DNA of 64,000 nt from assembly GCA_963790475.1 (NCBI GenBank), contig CAWBOS010000012.1, positions 800,001 to 864,000 on the forward strand. Reading direction: 5' to 3'. A program made the translations under genes and the position numbers. Positions 40,513-50,369 of this stretch are shown here, piece after piece. Positions within the stretch are counted from its first letter, which is position 1. Every line of letters starts with the position of its first letter. This stretch comes from an uncultured delta proteobacterium (lineage in GTDB: Bacteria; Desulfobacterota; RBG-13-43-22). A model generated the notes under the pieces. That model ran no database searches and had not been told where the DNA came from. It saw only the letters and a list, made by a program, of their open reading frames with translations.

Positions 40513-41583
40513 ATGGAAAGATACAGTCTTCGGAAAGACGCTCTGAATGCCTGGATTGAAGCGATGCTGGACCACCGTCAAGTTCTGGCCCCCTCCCGCA
40601 TTGAGCAGGAAATTTTTTTCAAGCCCGTAGAAATCGCTCCGGATCAGGAGTTGCTGGAGGGGACGGCCGTTCTTCCTTACCTGCCGCCCAAAGATATTGT
40701 TTTTCCCCAGTCCGAAATCATGTTCTCTTTCTCCGGCGAGGGGGAAGAGTTGAGTCTGGAAGTTCCGGGGGGATCAGAGACAAATTCTGTCATCTTAGGC
40801 ATAAGACCCTGCGATACCCGGGGTATTTCTTGGCTGGACCATTTTTTTTCGGAAAATTTCGACGATTTCTATTATTCCCGCAGGAGGGACAAGGTCGCTC
40901 TGGTTACCATTGCCTGTAACCAACCGGGAAAGAACTGTTTTTGCATCTGTTGTCAGGGGGGGCCTTTCCTGGAACCCGAAAGTGAGGAATGTGACATCCA
41001 ACTTATATCTTTCCAAGACCGATATCTGGTGGGATGTCAAAGCGCCCGGGGGAAAGAACTGATCAATATGCGGCCTGAGCTCTTTTCCAGCCCTGAGGCC
41101 GGCAGTGAAGAAATTTGGTCCAATCTGGAAGAAGAGTCCCGAAAGATGTTTTTCCCGGACCCTACCTCCTATATGAGCACGGCCATCCGCCGGATCACTT
41201 CAAACGAAGTCCCTTCGGAGGTCTGGACGGAATTGGGAGAGCGATGTTTTGATGACGGGGGTTGTTCCTTTGTCTGTCCCTGCTGCAGTTGTTTCGGAGT
41301 CGGTTACCTGGCCAACGGCGAAAAGGGATGTCATTACCGATACTGGGATTCTTGCGATTATTCAGGTTTTACCCGGGAGGTTTCCGGACATAATCCCAGG
41401 ATGGATAAAGGCGAGCGGTTCAAAAGGAGATTTTTCCATAAACTCAGTTATCAATATCTGAAAAAGGATGGAAGGATCGGTTGTGTGGGCTGTGGAAGGT
41501 GCATCACCGTCTGTCCTGGGGACATAGGTATGCCCCAGGTGGTCGAGAGAATTCGAAAGGCCCAGGCCGGACGGGAACTTTAA
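40513..41583 (+). CDS. AsrA/HydB-like 4Fe-4S dicluster protein
   Basis: GIRPCD, C...CFC, CFDDGGCSFVCPCCSC, WDSC and CVGCGRCITVCP motifs. Confidence 0.88.
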   Translation: MERYSLRKDALNAWIEAMLDHRQVLAPSRIEQEIFFKPVEIAPDQELLEGTAVLPYLPPKDIVFPQSEIMFSFSGEGEELSLEVPGGSETNSVILGIRPCDTRGISWLDHFFSENFDDFYYSRRRDKVALVTIACNQPGKNCFCICCQGGPFLEPESEECDIQLISFQDRYLVGCQSARGKELINMRPELFSSPEAGSEEIWSNLEEESRKMFFPDPTSYMSTAIRRITSNEVPSEVWTELGERCFDDGGCSFVCPCCSCFGVGYLANGEKGCHYRYWDSCDYSGFTREVSGHNPRMDKGERFKRRFFHKLSYQYLKKDGRIGCVGCGRCITVCPGDIGMPQVVERIRKAQAGREL

Positions 41584-41825
41584 ATAGAAATTAAACCCTA
41601 CCCTCATGTGGGAGTATATCAGGGAAGAAAGTGCCATAGCAGGGCAACTGACTTGAAAACACGGAATATCACTCTCCTGTCTAGGAATCTAATTCCGCAT
41701 CAGCGGGACTGGACCCCGGCCTTCGCCGGGGTGACGAGCAATCCGATTTTCGGAAGTGACCGGAAGCTCGCAAAAATTTTTTCGATGTTGATTGGCTAAT
41801 CAATAAGAGGGGTAAAAATTAAATT

Positions 41826-42656
41826 ATGGATAATGGCTACATTCCCCAGTTGGCTCGGATTGTCGAAATCCAAACGGAGACCTACGATACCAAGAGTTTT
41901 GAGTTAGAATTTGTCGAGTCCCAGGGGAAAGACGAATTCCGATTCAAACCCGGCCAATTTGTTGAAGCCTCGGTTTTGGGTGTGGGGGAAGCCCCTTTTG
42001 GCCTGTCCTCTAATCCGAATCACCCTTCAACTTTCCGGATCACGGTTCGGGCAGTCGGTTCCGTAACCCAGGCCCTTCACCAGCTTAAAGCCGGAGATCG
42101 GATAGGGATTCGGGGCCCCTTCGGAAACGGGTTTCCTTATGATGGAGTCAAAGGGAAAAATATTCTCTTCGTTGGGGGCGGTATCGGACTCCCCCCCCTC
42201 CGATCCCTTATCGAGCCCATGCTTGAAGCCCGATCGGATTTCAAGGACATTCAGATCCTTTACGGTGCCCGCACCCCGGCCGACCTTGTCTATAAGGACC
42301 GTTTGGTGGAGTGGGCTAAAATGAAGGACCTGAGATTCATGATGACCGTGGATGTGGGTGACCCCACCTGGACCGGCGATGTCGGGGTGGTGACTACCCT
42401 CTTTCCTAAAGCGGACCTTAAGGTGGATGATTCCGTGGCCTTCGTCTGCGGTCCTCCTATTATGATTCAATTTGTCATTAAAGGACTGATCCAGCTGGGT
42501 GTCCATCCGAAAAATATCATCTCCACCCTGGAGCGCTATATGAAATGCGGGATCGGAAAATGCGGACATTGTGCCATTGGCCATAAATATATTTGTCTGG
42601 ACGGACCGGTTTTTTCCTATCAGGAGATGCTGAAGCTACCGGAAAAAGTAGTTTAG
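41826..42656 (+). CDS. AsrB/HydG-like FAD/NAD(P)-binding (2Fe-2S) subunit
   Basis: FKPGQF, RGPFGNGF, GGGIGLPPLR, CGPPIM and MKCGIGKCGHC...C.DGPVF motifs. Confidence 0.92.
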   Translation: MDNGYIPQLARIVEIQTETYDTKSFELEFVESQGKDEFRFKPGQFVEASVLGVGEAPFGLSSNPNHPSTFRITVRAVGSVTQALHQLKAGDRIGIRGPFGNGFPYDGVKGKNILFVGGGIGLPPLRSLIEPMLEARSDFKDIQILYGARTPADLVYKDRLVEWAKMKDLRFMMTVDVGDPTWTGDVGVVTTLFPKADLKVDDSVAFVCGPPIMIQFVIKGLIQLGVHPKNIISTLERYMKCGIGKCGHCAIGHKYICLDGPVFSYQEMLKLPEKVV

Positions 42657-42662
42657 AAGGGG

Positions 42663-44693
42663 GTGAATACCGTGTGGACCCTGAATGCTTTGATTGTCAC
42701 CGTTTTAGCGGGGATACTTCTCATTGCCATTTTCGCCCGATCCCGTCGAATCTGCGGGCTGATCGGGGTGGTCACCGTAGGGGTCATCACCGGGATCATT
42801 AGTTATATATCCTATCAAGTCTTTACGGTCGGGCCTCTGACCCTTGAGCCCATTTTCTCCATCCTTGCTCTGGGGGCTGATTTCTCAATCGGTGTGGACT
42901 ATTTGAGCGCCGTCTTTTTACTGCTGATCGGGGGCCTGTCCTTTTTAGGCACCCTCTATTCCTATCGTTATATGGACCACTACGCCACCCAGTCCCTGTC
43001 CCGCTTCTACCATTGTTTGATTCTCTTTATCGTCGGCATGATCGGGGTGGTCTGTCTGACTGATTTGTTTTTCTTTTTTGTCAGTTGGGAATTCATGACC
43101 CTTTCCTCCTACTTTTTGGTGACTTATGAAAAAGAGGATCCCGTTAACCTCAGGGCCGGTTTCAAATACTTTCTTATGACCCATATCGGTACCGCCGCCA
43201 TGTTCATCGGGGCCTTGATCCTGCAAACCGAGGTAGGGTCTTTTGCCTTTTCCCGTCTGGGAGAATCCATGGCCGGCATGATGGGGACCAGTCCGGTCAA
43301 ACTCTCTATTATTCTGGGCCTCTTTCTCTTAGGATTTGGGACCAAGGCGGGAATGTTCCCGGTTGGAACCTGGTTGCCTGACGCCCATCCCGCCGCCCCC
43401 TCCGGGGTTTCGGCCATGCTCTCCGGGGTGATGATTAAAATGGGCATCTACGGTATTTTTCGTTTCTTCTTTTTCCTCCTTCCCCCGTCGCCCTATTCCG
43501 TGGCCTTCGGCATAGCCATCGGGGCTCTCGGTGCCATCTCCATTTTCATGGGAACTATCTCCGCCCTCCTTCAGCATGACTCCAAGCGATTACTGGCTTT
43601 TCATTCCATCGGCCAAATCGGGTACATTCTTTTAGGCCTGGGGACCGGACTGGTATTCCTTAGGGGCTACCCCGCCCTGGCTATAACGGCTACCTTGGGG
43701 GGAATGCTTCATGTGTTCAACCATGCCCTTTTTAAAGGGCTCCTCTTTTTAAACGCCGGCTCCATACTTTATAAAACCGGAACGAGGGATCTAAACAAAC
43801 TCGGCGGGCTTTATTTTGCAATGCCCATTACGGCCTGGACCACCCTCATAGCCTCCTTTTCCATTGCCGGCCTGCCTCCTTTCAACGGCTTTATAAGTAA
43901 ATGGCTCATTTATGAGACGACGATCTTAGGGGGAGTTCAAAACCCTCTATTTATCCTTTTCGGTCTGATAGCCATTTTCATCAGTACGGTTACCTTGGCC
44001 TCCTTTATAAAATTTTTCACCACTGCCTTTAGCGGAGAAATGGATAAAACTCTGGCCAACAATCTTCTGCCTGGGGTTGATGTCCCTTTTTCCATGCAGC
44101 TTCCCCAGGTCATCCTGGCCTTTTCCTGTCTCTTTTTCGGTATTTTCCCCTGGATACCGCTCAAGATGATGTATTGGTCTTTAACGGGTTCCGCTTTTGG
44201 TTCCCATTTGCCGGCTCTGAACGATATCTTCGGCAGCTCCATCCTCGGTCTGACCTTGAGTCCGGGGTGGCCCCTGGTCGGTTCCTGGCTCCCCATCCCC
44301 GGGGTAATCCTCATGTCCGGCTGCTTCTTGCTGGCCTTCTGGATATCCAGGATGGCCAGACCGGTCAAGCGAACCGTTCCCCTTTGGACCTGCGGAGAGG
44401 TCTTTGAACCCAAGGAGATCAGATTTCCTGCGGAAAATTATTATGTTCCTCTGGTTTCCCGGTTCGAAGGATTAATCTATCCCGAATCGCCTTTGGACAG
44501 GATAAAATCTCCTCAAAAAATTTACAGAGGGCTGGATTTAGATGAGGTTCTTTATTATCCCCTAGCGGACCTGGTGGTTCGTATCTTTCAGAAATTCCGG
44601 AAGAGCCATGTGGGGACTCCGCAGGTTTATTTGCTTTATCAAGTGATAGGGATTTTAATTTTAGTGGCGGCCATGCTTATCTGGCTTTATTAA
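42663..44693 (+). CDS. hyfB: Hydrogenase-4 component B-like antiporter (Mrp/NuoL-type) membrane subunit
   Basis: WEFMTLSSY, KAGMFP..WLPDAHPAAPS, NHALFKGLLF and GLPPFNGFISKW motifs. Confidence 0.85.
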   Translation: MNTVWTLNALIVTVLAGILLIAIFARSRRICGLIGVVTVGVITGIISYISYQVFTVGPLTLEPIFSILALGADFSIGVDYLSAVFLLLIGGLSFLGTLYSYRYMDHYATQSLSRFYHCLILFIVGMIGVVCLTDLFFFFVSWEFMTLSSYFLVTYEKEDPVNLRAGFKYFLMTHIGTAAMFIGALILQTEVGSFAFSRLGESMAGMMGTSPVKLSIILGLFLLGFGTKAGMFPVGTWLPDAHPAAPSGVSAMLSGVMIKMGIYGIFRFFFFLLPPSPYSVAFGIAIGALGAISIFMGTISALLQHDSKRLLAFHSIGQIGYILLGLGTGLVFLRGYPALAITATLGGMLHVFNHALFKGLLFLNAGSILYKTGTRDLNKLGGLYFAMPITAWTTLIASFSIAGLPPFNGFISKWLIYETTILGGVQNPLFILFGLIAIFISTVTLASFIKFFTTAFSGEMDKTLANNLLPGVDVPFSMQLPQVILAFSCLFFGIFPWIPLKMMYWSLTGSAFGSHLPALNDIFGSSILGLTLSPGWPLVGSWLPIPGVILMSGCFLLAFWISRMARPVKRTVPLWTCGEVFEPKEIRFPAENYYVPLVSRFEGLIYPESPLDRIKSPQKIYRGLDLDEVLYYPLADLVVRIFQKFRKSHVGTPQVYLLYQVIGILILVAAMLIWLY

Positions 44694-44775
44694 GGGATGG
44701 GAAATTCCTTTAAAAGGGATTTTTCTTAATCAAAATTTTTAAGCTTAATTAATTAATGAGTATAAGGAGAAAGAA

Positions 44776-46461
44776 ATGGCCTTTGAAAACGGCGAAAAAT
44801 TAATGGTCCATTTAAGGGAAAAATTTCCAACAGAGATAATCTCCGCCAGGGAATGGGTCCCAATGAAAGTTTTCATAACCATCCGCCGGGTATCCATTCG
44901 ACCCCTGGCCGAATATATCTTCCGCGGTTTGGGGGCCCGGTTTAATACCATCGTCGGGATGGATCGGCGGCCCACCCATGGGGATTTTCAAACCACTCAT
45001 ATTTTTTCCCTCGATTCGGACAAACTTTTTGTCCTGCTCCAGTCTTCCATACCTCAGGACCAGCCGATGATCGACTCCGTCACCCCCTTGATCCCGGGGG
45101 CCAATTGGGCCGAAAGGGAAATCCGAGATCTGGTGGGGATCAACTTTGCCGGTCATGGGGACCCCCGCCGTCTGGCCCTTCCGGATGACTGGCCGGAAAA
45201 CCTTCACCCGCTGCGCAGGGATTTTGTCTATAATTTTCGCCCTGAACCAGTCGAGGGGCAGGCTCCCAAACCGGTTGAAGCACCCGGAAAGGCCACGGTA
45301 TTTCCTATCGGCCCCTTCTTTCCGGTATTGGAGGAGCCGGCGGCCTTCCGGGTCTTCCTGGAAGGGGAAACCGTGGTAGGCTGTGATTATCGTGGTTTTT
45401 ATAACCACCGGGGAATTGAGAAAATTGCCGACTCGGTTCTGACCTATAATCAGATTCCCTTCATCGCCGAGCGTATATGAGGCATCTGAGGGTATATTCA
45501 CAGTACGTGTTACTGTGAGGCCGTTGAAGAAGCTGCTGGGATTGAGGTTCCTCCCCGGGCCCGGTATATCCGGAGCATTTTACTGGAGCTGGAGCGCCTT
45601 CACTCCCATCCCCTCTGGCTGGGGATCGGGGGTCATGTTTTGGGATTTGACACGATTCTCATGCAGACCTGGCGCATACGGGAACCGGTGATGTGGCTTT
45701 GTGAGCAGATCACCGGGAACCGGAAGACCTATGGTATGAATCTGATCGGGGGTGTCCGCCGGGACATTACCCCGGAGATGAAACCCAAAATTTTAGAGGT
45801 CATCGATCATCTGGAAAAGGAATGGTTGAAGGTGATCGAAGCCATCAGTGGGGATACGCCCCTGATGATGCGTCTCAAAGGCGTTGGGGTGCTCAGGCAT
45901 GAGGACGCCGTCGACTTTTGCGTCACCGGGCCTACGGCCCGGGGGTCCGGTGTGGCCATCGATTCCCGGGTTGATCATCCCTACGCCGCCTATGGGGATC
46001 TGGTTCCGGAAAAAAAGGTCCATGAAGAGGGGGACATCCTGGCCCGCACCCTGGTTCGCCTGGAGGAGACCCTGGAGTCCGTCCGTCTGGTCCGCCAGGG
46101 GATCCAGGAAATTCCCGAGGGCCCGATTATGGCTGACATCCCTGAGGAAATCCCCGCCGGACGGGAAGGAGTCCGGGTGGTTGAAGCGCCTCGGGGGGAA
46201 TCGATGCATTATGTGCTGACCGGGGAGAACAACCGTCCCTACCGCTGGAAAGTGAGGGCCCCGACCTATATGAATCTGGAGTCAGTGGCGGTAATGATTC
46301 AGGGGCTTGAACTGGCCGATGTTCCTATCGCCATAGCCAGCTATGACCCCTGCTTTTCCTGTACCGAACGGTTAGAGGTGGTGGATCGTCAAAGCGGAAA
46401 AATTCGTATCTATACTCATGGCCAACTGGTCCAACTGAGCCGGGACAAAAGGAATAGGTGA
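44776..46461 (+). CDS. Group 4 [NiFe]-hydrogenase large subunit (HycE/HyfG-type NuoC-D fusion), 561 aa with two in-frame TGA (candidate Sec235 and Sec238) in motif L1
   Basis: ORFs 44776-45480 and 45640-46461 share a frame. The gap reads HRGIEK...AERI-U-GI-U-GYIHSTCYCEAVE...ELERLHSH with no other stop. C-terminal DPCFSCTER plus an extension. Confidence 0.9.
45497..45519 (+). promoter_or_regulatory. Candidate bacterial SECIS element for the hydrogenase UGA codons
   Basis: tcacagta-CGTGT-tactgtga, perfect 8-bp stem plus a U-G pair. Loop is 16 nt after the second UGA and 25 nt after the first; G at loop position 2. Confidence 0.72.
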
Positions 46462-47369
46462 AAATGAACAACATCATCACTTCAGCCTTGATAAATTTGC
46501 TTCTGGTAATCCTGGCCGCCCCTTTTTATGAAGGTATTCTGCGAAAGCTCAAGGCCTTCGTTCAATCCCGTCAGGGACCTCCGCTTCGGCAGCCTTTTTG
46601 GGATCTCTTAAAGTTGTTGGGGAAAGAAAACCTTCAGGTCACCCGAAACCCCATTTTTTCACTGGCCCCCATTATCACCTTCGGAAGCGTCCTGATGGCG
46701 GCTTTATTTGTCCCCATGGGCTCGGCCCCTCCTTTCGGATTTGCCGGTGACCTGATTGTCCTGATTTATCTTCTCACCCTGGCCTCAGTAGGGGTCATGC
46801 TGGGAGGGTCTGTTTCAGGAAGTCCTTACGGGGTAATCGGGATGGGCCGGGAGATGATGTTGGCCATGATGGTCGAGATCATTGTTCTGGGAAGCCTGAT
46901 CGTCGGGGCGATGCAGACCAAGTCCTTTGACTTAGGACAAATCTCATCCTGGTATCGAAAAGCCGGCCCCAATCTTTCTATGATCGTGGCGGCCATCCCC
47001 TTCCTGCTCTGTCTTCAGGTTCTAGTCGGCAAAATCCCCTTTGACCTTCCTGAGGCCGATCAGGAAATCATGGGAGGCCCTTTTGTGGAGACCCCAGGGG
47101 CCCGGCTGGCCCTTTACAAGTGGAGCTATTTCGCCAAACAGATTATCTGGGCCTCAATCTTTTGGGAAATTTTTATCCCCTGGCCCAAAACCGGATATTA
47201 TCCTCTTGATCTGATCATTCATCTGATAAAGATTTTAATAGTCCTCCTTCTGGTCGGATTGGTTGATGCGGTAAATCCTCGTCTCCGGGTAGATCAGGGC
47301 ATACGGTATTTTTCCGGTATTTGGATAATCCTAATTCTGGCTGTGGCTTTTGCCGTGATCGGAGTTTAA
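46458..47369 (+). CDS. hyfC: Hydrogenase membrane subunit HyfC/HycD (NuoH-like)
   Basis: RKLKAFVQSRQGPP..QPFWDLLKL, PFDLPEADQEI and PRLR motifs. Confidence 0.88.
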   Translation: MKMNNIITSALINLLLVILAAPFYEGILRKLKAFVQSRQGPPLRQPFWDLLKLLGKENLQVTRNPIFSLAPIITFGSVLMAALFVPMGSAPPFGFAGDLIVLIYLLTLASVGVMLGGSVSGSPYGVIGMGREMMLAMMVEIIVLGSLIVGAMQTKSFDLGQISSWYRKAGPNLSMIVAAIPFLLCLQVLVGKIPFDLPEADQEIMGGPFVETPGARLALYKWSYFAKQIIWASIFWEIFIPWPKTGYYPLDLIIHLIKILIVLLLVGLVDAVNPRLRVDQGIRYFSGIWIILILAVAFAVIGV

Positions 47370-47395
47370 TAGGATGCGTAATAACCTTTTTATTA

Positions 47396-47520
47396 CAGGT
47401 TGCTCAAAAAGGCCCAGATACAAGGCGCCTGAAACTCCGAGGAACGAGTCGTACATAGACGTACGGCGCAGTGAGGAGGGGTGAGGGCAACGCAGTAGAT
47501 GGACCTTTTTCAGCAACCTG
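47396..47520. mobile_element. MITE-like element with caggttgct(c/g)aaaaagg TIRs, flanked by TTA/TTA
   Basis: Near-perfect 17-bp TIRs; related copies at 48728-48852 and 52471-52588. Confidence 0.7.
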
Positions 47521-47536
47521 TTAGGAAGGTGATCCA

Positions 47537-47983
47537 ATGTTCAAAAGCAAAATGAAGGAAGCCATCATCTGCTTTAAAGCCGGGCGGGTGACCGCCCCCT
47601 TTCCTTTGGGGCCTGAGCCGAATCCTCCCCAGGAGGGCTATCGGGGTAAGATCGCCGTGGATGTAGAAAAATGTATCGGCTGCGGAGGTTGTGCCAATGT
47701 TTGTCCGCCCCGCCTGATTAAAATCACCGATACCGACCAAACCCGCGTCCTCGAATATTTCCTGAGCCGTTGCACCTATTGCGGTCGATGTGCCGAGGTC
47801 TGCCCGGAGGAGGCCATTACCATGACCCGGGAATACCAGTTGGCGACCAATGATGTGAACGACCTTTATATCCGGTCCGAGCTTTATATGGGGACCTGCG
47901 GACGGTGTGGACGATGCTTTAAGCCCAAAACCATTCTCGACAAAATGATGGTGACCGGATTTCAACCAGGGGATTTATCCTAA
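47537..47983 (+). CDS. Hydrogenase 2x[4Fe-4S] subunit HyfH/HycF (NuoI-like)
   Basis: YRGK; CIGCGGCANVCP; CTYCGRCAEVCP; extra CGRC. Confidence 0.9.
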   Translation: MFKSKMKEAIICFKAGRVTAPFPLGPEPNPPQEGYRGKIAVDVEKCIGCGGCANVCPPRLIKITDTDQTRVLEYFLSRCTYCGRCAEVCPEEAITMTREYQLATNDVNDLYIRSELYMGTCGRCGRCFKPKTILDKMMVTGFQPGDLS

Positions 47984-48025
47984 ATCAGGCTATAACCTTC
48001 AAAAGGTAGAAACGGACAGGAAAAG

Positions 48026-48691
48026 ATGGAACCTTGGACTAAACTTATCTCCGCTTTGAGTCTTTCGCTGATTCTCACGGCCTACCTCATCATCGAGATA
48101 AAAAACCTGCGCTATGCGACCTATGTTTATATCCTCCAGGCCCTTTTGATGTGCAGTCTCTTTTTGGCTTACGCCGGCCAAAACCCCAGGCTCTATTACT
48201 GGGCCTTGACCGCCTTGGTTACCAAGGTGTTTATTATCCCCTTTATGCTTTTGCGAACCATCCGCCGGACCAAGGTCCTGGAAGTTCCTCCCGTGATCGG
48301 GTACTTAGGATCCATCATCTTCCTTACCGTGGTCATCGTTATTTTTTACCGCCTTACGCATAAATATGTTGATTTCATCGCCCCCACTCCCCTGGCCACC
48401 CAGGAGCCTTTTCGGACCAATCTGGCGGTAAGCCTGGCCCTGTTTGTCATGGGGTTATATTGCATCCTGGTCCGGAGAGATGCCATCAAAGCTGTTCTGG
48501 GGCTTACCATTTTACAAAACGGGGTTCACCTCTCACTGGTCACCCTGGTCCCCCTGCTTGAAGAAACCGGCGTTATCGGGATCGTCACCGATCTGGTCAT
48601 CGCCGTCGTTCTCTTGCTCTATATTACCCAGGGGGTTTACGAGAAATTCGGATCAACGGATACCTTCAACCTTAAGGAACTTCGATGGTGA
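48026..48691 (+). CDS. hyfE: Hydrogenase-4 component E-like membrane protein
   Basis: Multi-TM 221 aa with TKVFIIP and QNGVHL motifs; operon position. Confidence 0.8.
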   Translation: MEPWTKLISALSLSLILTAYLIIEIKNLRYATYVYILQALLMCSLFLAYAGQNPRLYYWALTALVTKVFIIPFMLLRTIRRTKVLEVPPVIGYLGSIIFLTVVIVIFYRLTHKYVDFIAPTPLATQEPFRTNLAVSLALFVMGLYCILVRRDAIKAVLGLTILQNGVHLSLVTLVPLLEETGVIGIVTDLVIAVVLLLYITQGVYEKFGSTDTFNLKELRW

Positions 48692-48727
48692 AAAATGGAG
48701 ATTAACAGGTTGTGGAAACCCTTTTTG

Positions 48728-48852
48728 CAGGTGGCTCAAAAAGGTTCAGATGCAAGGCGCCCGAAGTTCCTTGGCATGAGGCGTAGTTTAATCTACGTCG
48801 GAATGACAAGGGATGAGGGCAACGCCGCAGATGGGCCTTTTTCAGACACCTG
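48728..48852. mobile_element. MITE-like element (second copy of the 47396-47520 family)
   Basis: caggtggctcaaaaaggttcagatgcaaggcgcc...gagggcaacgccgcagatgggcctttttcagacacctg. Confidence 0.7.
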
Positions 48853-48859
48853 TTAAGGA

Positions 48860-50359
48860 ATGTATAATATGGACTGGGAAATCCTCTATCTTTTGCTGGC
48901 CCCCACCTTGACCGGATTTTTTATTTTTATTTTTGGGAAAAAGTCCTTTTATTGGAGTGAAGGACCGGCTCTCTTAGGGTCGGCTATCACCTTGGGCTTC
49001 TCGGGCTGGATTTTTCTTCAGACCACACGAGGTGAAGTTCTATCATTCTATCGTGATGAATTCAGGGTTGACGCCTTGAGCGGGTTGATGGTTGGGCTGG
49101 TGGCCTTCCTCGGTTTTATAGCCATTATTTATTCCTTTTCTTACATCCGGAAAGAAGTGGTCGAGGAAGTCATCCCACCTGAGAAATTACATTCGTATTA
49201 CGGTTGGCTGATGCTTTTTCTGGCCTCCATGCTCTGGGCCGTGACCACCAACAATGTTTACCTTCTCTGGGTAGTTATCGAAGGTACCACCTTGGCTTCG
49301 ATTATCCTGGTATCCTTCAACTGGTCCCGGGAGGCCCTGGAGGCAGGTTATAAATACGCCCTGCTTTTGACCGTAGGGATTACCTTTGCCCTTTTTGGCT
49401 GCATTCTCCTCTATGCCGGATCTTCCCCCCATATTCCCCCGGGACTGGATCCACTCAAAATCAGCGAGATTGCCAAGGTGGCCGGGAAGATACCTCGGAG
49501 CATTGCCCTGGTGTCGGTCATTCTTCTCTTGGCCGGTTTTGGAACCAAGGCGGGTGTTGTCCCTTTTCACACCTGGCTTCCGGATGCCCATGCCGAAGCC
49601 CCTACCCCGGTCAGCGCCCTGCTTTCCGGGATCATGATCAAGGTGGGGATTTATGCGGTCATTAGAACCGTTCTGATCTTCTATTCTTTTTATTCCGTCA
49701 TCAGCCTTCTGGTCCTCATTCTCGGGGTAATAACCATGATTGTGGGCCTGGTGATGATGTTCCTCCAGGACGATGCCAAACGATTTTTAGCCTTTTGCTC
49801 CGTGGTCAGTGTGGGATATATATTCATGGGCCTGGGCCTGGGCAGTTATTTGGGGATCTATGGGGCCATATTTCATCTGATCAATCATTCCCTGATGAAG
49901 GCCCTGGCCTTTTTGTCTCTCGGTGGAGTGATTTATGCCACCCGCTGTCGGAAGATATCCGAACTGGGGGGGGTGGGAAAATTGATGCCGGTAACCGCTT
50001 TAACCTTTTACGTTTCGGCCCTGGCCCTAAGCGGCATCCCCCTGTTTAATGGATTTGTCAGCGAGTTTACCATCTTTCTGGCCGGAGTGAAGGCCGGTTA
50101 TTTGTGGGCGACGATCATCGCCATCGTGGTGTCTGTTCTGACTCTGGCGGCCTTTATCCGGGTCAGCGCTCGGATATTCATGGGGACCCTGCCTCAGAAT
50201 CTGATGAATTTGCCGATCCGAGAAGTTCCACCAACCATGTGGGGAGGGGAAATTCTCCTGGCTGCCCTCTGTATATTGATCGGGGTCTATCCTCAGTTGA
50301 TTTATCAAGTCCTTCATGAGGCGACCAAGGCGATTTTTGCGATGATGCCCATGCCTTAA
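48860..50359 (+). CDS. Hydrogenase-4 component F/D-like antiporter membrane subunit
   Basis: WVVIEGTTLAS, ALEAGYKY, GTKAG..PFHTWLPDAHAEAPTPVSALLSG and NHSLMK motifs. Confidence 0.85.
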   Translation: MYNMDWEILYLLLAPTLTGFFIFIFGKKSFYWSEGPALLGSAITLGFSGWIFLQTTRGEVLSFYRDEFRVDALSGLMVGLVAFLGFIAIIYSFSYIRKEVVEEVIPPEKLHSYYGWLMLFLASMLWAVTTNNVYLLWVVIEGTTLASIILVSFNWSREALEAGYKYALLLTVGITFALFGCILLYAGSSPHIPPGLDPLKISEIAKVAGKIPRSIALVSVILLLAGFGTKAGVVPFHTWLPDAHAEAPTPVSALLSGIMIKVGIYAVIRTVLIFYSFYSVISLLVLILGVITMIVGLVMMFLQDDAKRFLAFCSVVSVGYIFMGLGLGSYLGIYGAIFHLINHSLMKALAFLSLGGVIYATRCRKISELGGVGKLMPVTALTFYVSALALSGIPLFNGFVSEFTIFLAGVKAGYLWATIIAIVVSVLTLAAFIRVSARIFMGTLPQNLMNLPIREVPPTMWGGEILLAALCILIGVYPQLIYQVLHEATKAIFAMMPMP

Positions 50360-50369
50360 AGGGGGGAAC

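Noticed and set aside
45478-45489. Genome-wide UGA reassignment (Trp or Gly) as the explanation of the in-frame TGAs
   Set aside because: Many genes here end at TGA at their expected C-termini (nadK KLKWG*, thiS GG*, DUF151 KYKM*), and Trp/Gly could not ligate nickel.
44776-46461. Hydrogenase large subunit as a pseudogene or as two separate genes
   Set aside because: The stops occur only at the two L1 Cys codons, the intervening sequence is conserved coding sequence, and the downstream TTG-start ORF would lack L1.
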